Under the pieces are notes generated by a model that searched no databases, was not told where the DNA came from, and saw only the letters and a list, made by a program, of their open reading frames with translations. A program made the translations under genes and the position numbers. DNA of 64,000 nucleotides, taken from Eledone cirrhosa (taxonomy: Eukaryota). The stretch is taken from NCBI GenBank assembly GCA_964016885.1, contig OZ024742.1:143840001-143904000 (forward strand). The letters run 5' to 3'. Numbering within the stretch: the first letter of the stretch is position 1; every line of letters starts with the position of its first letter. Shown in pieces: positions 51,712-64,000 of this stretch.

Positions 51712-52165
51712 AAGAATTAGTATATCTACCAACATATATATACAGATGTATATCTATCTATATATCTTTATATATATACACACCACCTTCACCACTAATT
51801 GATTTGACAGATGTCTTTAACCCATTGATACCATATATTATTTGGTCAGTAGTTCGTGTGTAAGTATATATATATATGCTTGTGTGTCTGTCTATATATG
51901 TATGTTTGAATACATGAATGAATACACTAAGCTTTAGATTTAGTAGAATGTACAACCACTGATTCCAGTTATTTGCACTATCATATATTTTGGTTTCTAG
52001 TAATTCCCTGGGGAAATCATGTATTTTTTGAAAGCAAGCATTGGCCCCTAAAATACTACAGTGGGCCCTGCAATGCTACTGTGGGCTCTTGAAATGTTAC
52101 CGTGGGCCCCCAGGAGCCCACTTGCGATTGAGCAACCTAGCAGCCTGGCCAGTCCACTACTGCCT
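51712..52165 (+). repeat. Unclassified dispersed repeat
   Basis: Homologous to 59560-60085, 63605-63745 and 55963-55998 (CTAAAATACTACAGTGGGCCCTGCAATG motif). Confidence 0.75.
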
Positions 52166-52267
52166 ATAACTGTCAACTTCGATAGCTTGTCCCTATGTTG
52201 CGTCAGCTGTCTTCCTCACACCCATTCTCTACATTAACCAACGTCATGTAATAGTATTTCCAGCCAA

Positions 52268-52455
52268 GGGCGGTGGATTGGCAGTATCGGTAGAGGGTCG
52301 GACGCCATGCTTTCAAGCATAGTTACGTCCCTTTACGATCTGAGTTCAAATCCCGCCGAGGTTGACTTTGCCTTTCATCCTTACGGGGTCGATAAAATAA
52401 AGTACCAGTAATGCACTGGGTAATTGCTGGCCTTGTGCCTAAAGTAGCAACAAGT
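52268..52455 (+). mobile_element. tRNA-derived SINE, full-length
   Basis: Family match. Confidence 0.9.
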
Positions 52456-52499
52456 ATTTCCAGGCCTCTTTCTTTTAGGCGTCATTGATGCTAAGTGTA

Positions 52500-53560
52500 C
52501 CGATGTCATTCAAACACCCGTTTCCCCAACAACATCCCAATTATCATGGACACACGGCTATGCAATGCAGAACACATCAAGTTTCTGATTCTTACGTCGC
52601 AAGACATTAACAAACCTGTTTTTAGTTTCTTTGCGTGTTATGAATACCTGTCGTCTAGTTTCTTTTTTTAGCTATTTGTTATTGATCTTTACTGCTCCTA
52701 TTTTTCCAGTCTTTCCACGCCTGTCTCTTTTCATCAATTTATTCTATCTACAGATCACCCTTGCTAATGTCATGCTCTAGCCGCAAGTCTCATTATGTCA
52801 TATGTATCTCATTCCTCCTCCCTCTTGTCATAGGCATCACTTAGGGTTTTTCGAAACCTATATTTAACAGACAGGTCCTTTAGCTTCCGTTCACTCTTTT
52901 TCCACATTTTCATGCATTTCTCGTTCTGTCTGATACTTATTCTGATGTCACTTATCTCGTGTGGAGTATTCTTCTTCGGAAATGGACATAATATTCATAG
53001 TCGTACGGCTCCGCGAAAAAGTTCACCTGGTTTGTGTGTTTGCCTGATTGGTAGGTAATCATGTGGTTGGCCTGTTTCCTGAAGTTAATGTGTGCAAGTG
53101 GTTGGTTCATTTGCATCACAGAATTCTAGGAGTCTTCTTCCCGCTTCATTCCTCGAGCCATTACCATAGCTCCCGAATATTCCAGTGTATCCATTCTGGT
53201 GCTATCCATAATGTCCATTGAAGTTGCCAGCTAGGATGTTGATATCACTGCCATCTGTAACTGAAGCTGTCTGTAGGAATTCCTCCTAAAAACAGTCTAG
53301 TTGTTCTCTACTTAGTCCTACCTGTGGTTCATAGCTACAGATAGCTTCCGTCATTCAAATGCCCACGACCATTCTGAGATTGATAATTCGGTCACTCTAA
53401 TTATACTCGATTACATTATCTGTCCACTTCTCAACTAGTAGAATGCCTACTTCTCCTACCCCATCATCATTTCCTATCTATTTATGCTTTTTGAGATTAG
53501 TCTGGCTGATGCACGCCCCCAGCACACCTCTTGAATACATCATATATCCACTCGTATCCT
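52500..53560 (-). pseudogene. Highly decayed LINE apurinic endonuclease region (RTE-like)
   Basis: Minus-strand remnants YEPQVGLS (YAPQVG-like) and ILAGNFNGHYG (GDFNGHVG-like). Confidence 0.55.
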
Positions 53561-53690
53561 TTCAAAAGACTCAACAATTTCTCCGAATCTTACTTTTCAG
53601 AAAGCGCTCCTTGAGAGCGGCAGCCCTGAGATGTGTTACTTGCCAGTGGTGGTTAGGTCGTCCTGTTCTAGTACCTTTCTGTACCTAAAA

Positions 53691-53779
<89 letters not shown>

Positions 53780-53823
53780 CTCTATCTATCTATCTAAAAG
53801 AAATATATCTATCTATCTATCTA

Positions 53824-53948
53824 TCTTCTGATGAAGGACTAGTGCCCGAAACTTTAAGACTCTCTTCCTACTTTTTCAAGCGTTAAACTAATATATTTCT
53901 TCCATGTACTGTGCCCTATTTTTGTTATTTCTGTTTACCTTTTACATA
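53824..53948 (+). mobile_element. Family X terminus with hammerhead (53824-53859)
   Basis: TCTT-CTGATGA-AGGACTAGTGCCC-GAAA-CTTTAAGA. Confidence 0.7.
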
Positions 53949-54204
53949 CACACACACAGACACAAACACTCACATAACACACACAGATACACACACTCAC
54001 ACACACACACCAATACGCAACTATACACACACACACACACTCACACCGATAAACAACTACACACACACACACACACACTCACTCCGAAACACAAATACAT
54101 ACACACACACACACACACACACACTCACTCCGATACACAACTACACACACACACACAAATACACACTTACACACACACTCACACCGATACACACCTACAC
54201 ACAC

Positions 54205-54915
54205 ACACATACATAACTATACACACACACATACATAACTATACACACACATACATAACTATACACACATATACATAACTATATACACACATATACATAA
54301 CTATACACACATATACATAACTATACACACACACATACATAACACACACACACATAAACATAACTATACACACACACATACATAACTATACACACATATA
54401 CATAACTATACACACACACATACATAACTATACACACATATACATAACTATACACACACATATACATAACTATGCACACACACATACATAACTATACACA
54501 CATATACATAACTATACACACATATACATAACTATACACACACATACATAACTATACACACATATACATAACTATATACACACACAGATAACTATACACA
54601 CATATACATAACTATATACATACATATACATAACACACACACACATAGACATAACTATACACACACACATACATAACTATACACACATATACATAACTAT
54701 ACACACACACATACATAACTATACACACATATACATAACTATACACACACACATACATAACTATACACAAACACATACATAACTATACACACACATAACA
54801 CACACACACACATACATACATAATTATACACACACACATACATACATACATACATACATACATACATACATACATACATAATTATACACACACACATACA
54901 TAACTATACACACAC
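54205..54915 (+). repeat. Minisatellite derived from (CA)n, unit ~20-24 bp ACATAACTATACACAC(AC)AT
   Basis: Direct inspection. Confidence 0.9.
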
Positions 54916-55267
54916 ACATATACACACGCACTCATATATATACAAAGACACTCGCACACATAGAAAGACATGCGATATTTTAAATGCCTCCATAGAGTAA
55001 AGTAAGTATTTGGATACCAATAAGGTTTCCGTTTTTGATATTTTTGACAACTCAGGTGCGATCAGGTCACCTAGTAATCTTTCGATTTCATTAATGGAAG
55101 TCAAAGTATCCATGTTTAAAAGACATATAACGTCTTGTTATATATCAATGTCGTAATAAACATACCAAAATACAATGGAACTTACAATACATGATATGAT
55201 AAAACTCACTCAAATGTAAACATGGCTCTTTTGATAGTTATTACTATCGACCTCTTAGCCCTGTCAT

Positions 55268-55443
55268 TGTATCGGTAGAGGGTCGGATGCCATGTTTTCC
55301 AGCATAGTTACGTCCCTTTGCGGTCTGAGTTCAAATCCCGCCGAGGTTGACTTTGCCTTTCATCCTTACGGGGTCGATAAAATAAAGTACCAGTAATACA
55401 CTGGGTAATTGCTGGCCTTGTGCCAAAAGTAGAAACAATTATT
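55268..55443 (+). mobile_element. tRNA-derived SINE copy (slightly 5'-truncated)
   Basis: Family match. Confidence 0.85.
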
Positions 55444-55453
55444 AGTGTCCGTC

Positions 55454-55812
<359 letters not shown>

Positions 55813-55813
55813 T

Positions 55814-55845
<32 letters not shown>

Positions 55846-55856
55846 TTACATATATA

Positions 55857-55967
<111 letters not shown>

Positions 55968-56482
55968 AGTACATCTACCAACATATGTGTACAGATGTAC
56001 ACTCATGCTAGCAAATATATAAGTTATGTCTTAGTACCTATGTCGTTCTATGCAGGTGAATGCAGAACATTTATATGAAAGACGTAAAATAAGAAAATTT
56101 TAAAAATTAAAAATCAACTGACGTCCTCCGCTGTTTGTTGTTTTGAATATCATATTCAAAACAACAAACAGTGGAGGACGCGTTTCGCACCTGTCCGACA
56201 AACAACCTTTCCCCCACCCCGGAAAAAACCCCTAGGTGATGGATGTGAATCCGAAATATATAGGGACTATTAAATCTCTCCCAAGGTAACTCTCTCTTGT
56301 GTTGTTATTTTAATTTTATCCTTTATACTCTTCCCTTCATTTTTCTACACATCTTACACATCTTATACACACCACGCATCTCAACGTACACCCACTTACA
56401 TCTCTCTCTCCACCACCGGATCTTGTTACCCGGAGATTTACCCATTTGCATTGTCGAGGCTTCCAAACGACTTAAAGATATT

Positions 56483-56955
<473 letters not shown>

Positions 56956-57381
56956 TGTGTGTGTGTAAGTTGTTAAGTGCAGAATCAACCATTTAGATTT
57001 TATCTTTTATAATAATATCCCAAATTTCTCATGAATAGAATGAATAGAAAAGACTTTGTATATTGAATGACATTGGAGAATTTCGAACGGGGCCCTTCTG
57101 TATGAAGAACATATAGTTAAGTGCATGGGAACATACTAAATATAGTGATCAAACTTAATGTTTAATCGATTGAAATTACGGGAGAAAGATCACAAATGCT
57201 AATGATAATTCTTGCCAAGAGAAGGTTGAGAAAGAACTCAGTAATTCCAATTGATTAAAAAGGGAATGGGAATATGGAAATGTGGAGGGTGGGTGGGTTG
57301 AAAAGGATCTTAAGTATGTCCGGTGGTAACTTGGGATATGAATCGATCTTATAAGACCATTTTAGCGAAACATAATTTAAC

Positions 57382-57468
<87 letters not shown>

Positions 57469-57744
57469 GTCATATTGGGGTTTTCCAATGTAGATCCTGG
57501 TAAAGATGAAAGAAGCTCTATGCTATCCAGTTTCCTTGATACAGCAGTAATTCAAAATCGGCTGATGATATATAGAGTGGTGGACTGGGTCTAAAAATAT
57601 TGGTTGCCAGATGAAGGGGGTCCACCTACATATAGAATGGTATCATTTAATTTTTATAATGAATAAATAACATTTTCAAAAAATACATAAATGGAAACAA
57701 AACAGTGCAATCAAATTGTACACGTATATATATATATATATATA

Positions 57745-58096
57745 TAACAGAACACACTCACTGTTTGGTTGGTTTTCGCTTCTCGATGTCTTTTATATCT
57801 GCGATCTAACATACAACACAACAGGAGGAACAATGAATATAATACCACTGACGATGTTGCAGATGTGCAACGAAAGATTTATGTAAATTATGTAAACTAT
57901 ATATATGTGTTTGTGTCTATATTGTATCTGTATTATTTTTGACCGCCGGTCAGTCAATGGCAACATTGAGGACCGAGTAAGTTAGATCGCAGATATAAAA
58001 GACAGCGAGAAGCGAAAACCAACCAAACAGTGAGTGTGTTCTGTTATTAATTCTGGCAATATTACGCAAATATGACCCTCCCCAAATATAACAATA
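57745..58096 (+). mobile_element. PLE-like terminus with an inverted 65-bp segment and a hammerhead (57843-57885)
   Basis: Arms 57745-57810 / 57981-58046; CUGACGA-UGUUGCA(GAUG)UGCAAC-GAAA-GAUU-UA; 3' end TGACCCTCCC..TATAACAAT shared with 30837-30860. Confidence 0.75.
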
Positions 58097-58135
58097 TATA
58101 TATATATATATATATATATTTATTTTTCTATTTTT

Positions 58136-58536
58136 CTAAGGCGGGTAAAATTCCCGAGATCCTTGGACGAGTTCTCTCCAGCGGTCTCTGTCCCTCATTA
58201 TCGCTGCCATGACCTGCGTCTCCAACAGACCAGTGTCTGTCCTTAGGGCATCAACATACGTTAACCTTGGTCTTCCTCTTCTAGTGTGTCCATGTAGGGG
58301 CTCCCAAAGGAGCACTGAGTGCAATGTCAACTCTGGATGTCGGTGAGCATGTCCAGCTAACCTCAGTCTCCTCTGTGTCACTTTTGAGCTGACTTTTGGG
58401 ATGTTCCCATACAGCTCTGAGTTTTTCATCCTCAGTGTATACTGATTAATGTTCAGAGCCATGTATGGGTCTGAGACTTGGACACTGACCAAGAAACTCA
58501 CTCAGATGGTGGATGGGTGCTACACAAGAATGCTGA

Positions 58537-58540
<4 letters not shown>
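58136..58540 (-). mobile_element. RTE-group LINE 3' fragment with an inverted 5' piece (58461-58540)
   Basis: Minus: ELYGNIP...RRLRLAGH...GRPRLTY...DRDRWR; plus: [26 protein letters not shown]. Confidence 0.85.
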
Positions 58541-58598
<58 letters not shown>

Positions 58599-58820
58599 TT
58601 ATTTATATATATATGTAATACATAAGATGTTTTCAACTTGTACAAACATCCCTCGGGATCTAATTGATAATGTATATATATATATATATATTTATTCATA
58701 TATGTGTGTGTGTGTATATATACATTTATACATATATGTACACATATACACATATATACATATATGTACACGTATCTATATGTATGCGTGTGTGTATATA
58801 TATATACATATATATATATA

Positions 58821-59200
58821 TAATATGTTGACGGAACTAGCATGGGTATCACTGCTAGGACCGGGTGCATCTCAGCGTACGCAATAGGTAATGTTAAATA
58901 AACTCCCAGAGTATACACATAGTAATTCGCTTCGATACAAAGCACGTAAACGGGTACCTTCAATTGTTCCCGAACTCAACTCGAATTTCGGCCACACTTA
59001 ATGCAGCAATAGAGTGCACCCCCACCCACCCTCTGTCCGCATATATTATGTAACAATGCACAATCGGCGCATGTGGCTTCATCAGCGGGTTTCACCTAAT
59101 CAATAACCGATCGATCGATCGGTCGACAGAATTCGACTCCAGTCCGTGCCGGCTATGACTGTATGTAACGGCCAACACAGTAAAATGTTGGTAACTGGAA
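58821..59200 (-). mobile_element. Family Y terminus with a long-stem-II hammerhead (~58968-59090)
   Basis: ACCCG-CUGAUGA-AGCCACA...UGUGGCC-GAAA; homologous to 40780-41105. Confidence 0.7.
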
Positions 59201-59460
59201 ACGCTACGCGCCACAATGCTGTCTCCTGGTTGGCTACCGATTCAGAAATTTACGTGATGGCAAGAGGCGAAATTCAAATAGTCCCGCTCCCGCCATAAGC
59301 ACTCAGCCAAAGTATCTCAAACACAAATTAGCAGCTTGGTTATTAAGAAAATTCAATCTCCAATCGCTGTACAATAGAATGGTAGCATTCGGCTCTAGTC
59401 TCCAAGTTTCATGGCGAGAAATAGTGTGACAGTAACGATGGTAGTGCCTAAAACCTTTCC

Positions 59461-59528
<68 letters not shown>

Positions 59529-59644
59529 GTGTATATACACACATATATATATATATATATACACCACATTCACCACTAATTGATATGACACATGTCTTAA
59601 ACCAATTGATACCAAACATTATTTGGTCAGTAGTCTATGTGTAA

Positions 59645-59724
<80 letters not shown>

Positions 59725-60414
59725 GTATATATATATATGCTTGTGTGTGTGTGTCTATATAGGTATGTTTGCATGCATGAATGAATACACTAAGCTTAGA
59801 TTTAGTAGAATGTACAACCACTGACTCCAGCTATATACACTATCTTACAGTTTAGTTTCTATTAATTCCCTGGGGAATTGGTAGCCCAAATGCTTTGCTT
59901 AATTATTTTATTTATTTTGAAGGTTATTGTATTCTTTTCCATATACTTCAGTTTATTTTATGAAAGCTAAGCATGGACCCTAAAATACTACAGTGGGCGC
60001 TGCAGTGCTACTGCAGTCCCCTGCAATGCCACCGTGGGCACCTTGGGGCTCACTTGCCATTGGGCAACCCGGCCAGTCTGCAACAGTATATATATATATA
60101 TATATATATATATCGACCGCTTGCCAGCATATCTCGAAAATTGCGTTTCGTTTTGTTTTGGCGGCCGCCGAAATACGATCTCGCTGAAATTATATTTGTA
60201 TTAATCCCCCGGGCCTAGCAATTAATTAGTTAATTCAATTAGACAATTCTATTGTCTGATTAATTGCTTAAGTTTATTTAAAAACAACCCGGTCGAGAGC
60301 TTACTTCGATTTGTGCAGTTTTTTGCAATTTTTTGCAACTACTTTACACATTTTGGATGCACCCGCCAAAAACAGTGGTTACCTCCTTTGCAGGGTAACC
60401 ACATGATATCGCTG

Positions 60415-60469
<55 letters not shown>

Positions 60470-60653
60470 TAAATTGATTTTTTATATGGTTAATTATGCT
60501 AATTGGGAGAGGAAATGGTATATATTTTATCTAATAATTCTAAGGACATGATTTATGATATATTGCTCTGATTATTTAATTTATTAATTCTTCATTGAGC
60601 CACATCGTGACCGGTTGCCACATATATATCTGTGACTTTATGTATATGTAAAT

Positions 60654-60731
<78 letters not shown>

Positions 60732-60735
<4 letters not shown>

Positions 60736-61115
60736 AATATAATCTGAGTTTTTCGAATATTAATAATAACATTCGATTCGTTTGCAATTATGTAAACAAG
60801 CCTAATTTTTAAAGCCATGTCAGTAGAAAGAACCCTTCATTCTTGCTCTTGTGTTTCCATGAAAACAGAACTGCAGACACTAAATCCATTCTTTTGTACA
60901 GTACAGGGAGCTGTACTGATGAAAGGTGATACCCAGAAACATTAGTGTCTGCAGTTCTGTTTATATGCCAACACAAGAGCAAGAATGAAGGGTTCATTCT
61001 AATGACATGGCTTTAAAAACGAGGCGTGTTTGCATAATTGCAAACGAATCGAATGTTATTATTAATATTCGAAAAACTCAGATTACATTTATTGTATTCA
61101 GCTATGTAGGCCGAC
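60732..61115 (+). mobile_element. PLE-like terminus, family Z: inverted repeat (60732-60882 / 60942-61093) around a hammerhead
   Basis: Further family copies at 62583-62735 and ~62950-63355 (the latter split by a SINE). Confidence 0.8.
60911..60954 (+). ncRNA. Type I hammerhead ribozyme motif, GUC cleavage triplet
   Basis: CUGUA-CUGAUGA-AAGGUGAUACCCA-GAAA-CAUUAGUG-UC^UGCAG; decayed homologue at 62957-63000. Confidence 0.75.
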
Positions 61116-61142
61116 AAATTTATATATATGTATATATATATA

Positions 61143-61647
61143 TATTCTTTGTTTATTAAAATAATCAAATTAAATTAATTCAACAGTTAAACACACATAG
61201 GAATAATGAGGTTGTTACCAAAGAGCCAGAAGTTTGACAAGTCGACCCTAATTATGACTAATAGCTCTAGGAAAGCCATGAACGACACCACATTTTTTAA
61301 ACTTTGATTTTGATTTTTATTAAGCTTTTGTAGCTGTCTCGGCGTTGGTGATCATGGTCTGAAGTTCGATCCTGGTCGGGAGTAGGGCTCCCGGTAAACC
61401 TTTCAGTTTTTTTTTAAGGGATGTAAAATAAAAACTGAAAAAGATTACATGTACTTCTCGACCAGGATTGAACCCAAGAACAGGATCTCCACCGTCTCTA
61501 GCACATACCGCTAGTCGACTGAGACAGTTTCGAAAATTTTATGAAAATCCATACTTAGAAACCCTACTTTAAAAATTTTAAAAACAAAATGATCTGGTGT
61601 CGTTCATGTCTTTCTTAATGTTATTGCTCCCACTTAAGGTCGACTTC
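61143..61647. repeat. Repeat with long imperfect inverted arms containing tRNA-like B boxes; partial copy at 62352-62565
   Basis: AAGTCGACC...CATGAACGACACCA / TGGTGTCGTTCATG...GGTCGACTT; GTTCGATCCTGGTCG (+) and its mirror CGACCAGGATTGAACC. Confidence 0.6.
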
Positions 61648-61871
61648 TAAATCATTTGCGTGTTCCATAAACTACATCCTCGTTTTCTTTCTTATCTATC
61701 TAGACTATATTGTAACCTATAATCCATGTTTCATTTCTGTTACACCTCATTTCTCACCCCCACCCTCGCTCTTTCTCTCTGTGGTATTTGAATCTACTAT
61801 AATTTGCGCTTTATTCATATATATATATATATGATTTTGCATGTCAGATTCAAACTTACAATGATTGGTAT

Positions 61872-62014
<143 letters not shown>

Positions 62015-62118
62015 CGAAGGAGTTGTGGTAAGGAACCAGATAGACCATAGCGAACCAGTAAACATTCTAATTTAGTCCAGAAATAGCCTAGCCGTTTTCA
62101 TATATATATATATATTTC

Positions 62119-62190
<72 letters not shown>

Positions 62191-62194
<4 letters not shown>

Positions 62195-62286
62195 AGATGA
62201 AATCGAAAATGCAACTGGAGTCTTATTTTTAAAAAAAAATATATATATTTAAAAAAAAAGACTCCAGTTGCATTTTCGATTTCATC

Positions 62287-62291
<5 letters not shown>
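62191..62291. repeat. Short inverted repeat between (TA)n tracts
   Basis: AAAGAGATGAAATCGAAAATGCAACTGGAGTCTT and its exact reverse complement around an A/T spacer. Confidence 0.85.
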
Positions 62292-62356
<65 letters not shown>

Positions 62357-63126
62357 TTTGTTTGTTAAAATAATCAAATTAAATTAATTCAACAGTTAAA
62401 CACACATAGGAATAATGAGGTTGTTACCAAAGAGCCAGAAGATTGACAAGTCGACCCTAAATATGAGTAATAGCTCTAGGAAAGCCATGAATGACACCAG
62501 AACTTTTAAACTTTGATTTTGAAAGTAGGTCTAATTTTTATTATGCTTTTGTTACTGTCTCGGCGGCCTAGTAAAAAAAAAAATGCCAACACAAGAGCAA
62601 GAATGAGGGGCTCATTCTACTGACATAGCTTTAAAAAAGAGGCTGTTTGCATAATTGCAAACGAATCGAATATTATTAATATAAAAAAAAACTTAGATTA
62701 CATTTATTGTATTAAGCCATGTAGAGCGATAATTCTTTTTTTTTAATATGGCAAAACCGACTATTAATCGCTCGTATACAGGAAACTGACAGGCCTGCCC
62801 GCTGATATGCAAATCTGTCTGATCAGTGGATCTCTTAATATGCAGAACTGACTGAGCAGTAAGTCTGCTAATAGGCAAACCAGGCCAATCAGTTACTGTA
62901 TATTTTAGAAAATATATATTTTCACTAGCTCTGACAGTTGGCAGGTACACAGTGAATTGCACCGATGAAGCGTAATACCCAGAAACTTTAGTGTTTGCAG
63001 TTCTGTTTACATGCTAACACAAGAGTAAAGAATGAGGGACTCATTCTACTGACATGGCTTTAAAAAAGAGGCTGTTTGCATAATTGCAAACGAATCGAAT
63101 ATCATTATTAATATTTGAAAATTATA

Positions 63127-63298
63127 GGGCGGTGAATTGGCAGTATGCTTTGACGCATAGAGTTACGGCCCTTGCTATTCTGAGTTCAAATCCCACCGAG
63201 GTTAACTTTGCCTTTCATTCTTACGGGGTCGATAAAATAAAGTACCAGTAATGCAGTGGGTAATTGCTGGCCTTGTGCCGAAAGTAGAAACAATTATT
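63127..63298 (+). mobile_element. tRNA-derived SINE inserted into a family Z element
   Basis: Family match; ATTATTAATATT.GAAA repeated on both sides. Confidence 0.85.
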
Positions 63299-63399
63299 AA
63301 TATTCGAAAAACTCAGATTACGTTTATTATATTCAGCCATGAAGAGCGATAATTTTTTAAAATCTATATATACAGTATATATATATATGAATAAAATTA

Positions 63400-63496
63400 G
63401 TCCTTCATCAGTGATCTTCCAACCTTCATTGGTATTTCTTCACTTTAAAGATACCTCTGGTTGGTGCGAGCAATAACTAAAGAAAGTTATTGGGAC
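63400..63496 (-). ncRNA. Permuted kink-turn hammerhead-like motif (family W2, with a small deletion in stem I)
   Basis: GUCC-hairpin-CUCGC-CCAACC-AGA-GGUAUC...GUGAA-GAAA-UACC-AAUGAA-GGUUGG-A-AGAUCA-CUGAUGA-AGGAC. Confidence 0.6.
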
Positions 63497-63744
63497 ACGT
63501 AAATTAGGGAGAAGCGAGCGAGACATGTAAACAAACATAGATGGTAATGTAACGGAAAGAGAGGAAGAGAAGAGACAAGTCCGTGATATCTATGAACTTC
63601 AGGTATTTTGTAAAAGCTAAGCATTGGCTCCTAAAATACTACAGTGGGCCCTGCAATGTAACTGTGGGCTCCTGCAATGCTACCGTTGTCCCCCTGGGTC
63701 CCACTTTCCATTGGGCAACCTGGCAACCTGGCCACTCCACCACA

Positions 63745-63780
<36 letters not shown>

Positions 63781-63782
<2 letters not shown>

Positions 63783-63969
63783 CGAGGGAAAAGTGGTAAG
63801 GAACCAAGTGGACCATAACGCACCAAAGTACTCAATACTTAGGGTAGTAGAGTGGGTAATAGGAGTAAGTAAGACCCCGACGGCTGAGCTCAAGCCGTTT
63901 CGACGGCTAATTCTGTACTCAATTAGCCGTCGAAACGGCTTGAGCTCAGCCGTCGGGGTCTTACTTACT

Positions 63970-63974
<5 letters not shown>
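63781..63974 (-). mobile_element. Hairpin mini-element, family H (youngest-looking copy)
   Basis: Perfect 54-bp arms 63859-63974 around the loop CTGTACTC. Confidence 0.85.

Positions 63975-64000
<26 letters not shown>

Noticed and set aside
54975-55215. Possible GIY-YIG remnant on the minus strand
   Set aside because: Catalytic motifs too degenerate to call

Overview
AT-rich, repeat-saturated eukaryotic intergenic/intronic DNA. It is most likely an octopod cephalopod, inferred from a ~190-bp tRNA-derived SINE resembling octopus SINEs, present in ~20 copies, and from extreme (TA)n/(CA)n density. I found no supportable host exon. Content: a 5'-truncated RTE LINE preceded by two non-autonomous partners; a near-full-length decayed Penelope-like element (PLE) with direct pseudo-LTRs; other PLE, RTE and mariner remnants; Helitron-type and hAT MITE insertions; and a 5S rRNA fragment. 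Many short islands between (TA)n tracts are apparent PLE termini. They carry at least 12 hammerhead-ribozyme (HHR) motifs, and many are long palindromes whose turning points lie in or next to the hammerhead. Two findings stand out. (1) A ~100-nt RNA motif occurs in four copies from two diverged families (15857-15957 -, 19164-19264 +, 51503-51607 +, 63400-63496 -). Its hammerhead core parts are in a non-canonical, pseudoknotted order, with a textbook kink-turn in stem III and covarying helices. (2) Several insertions look like cDNA that folded back at the HHR stem II hairpin and primed its own second strand. All RNA structures were paired by eye; no activity is shown.
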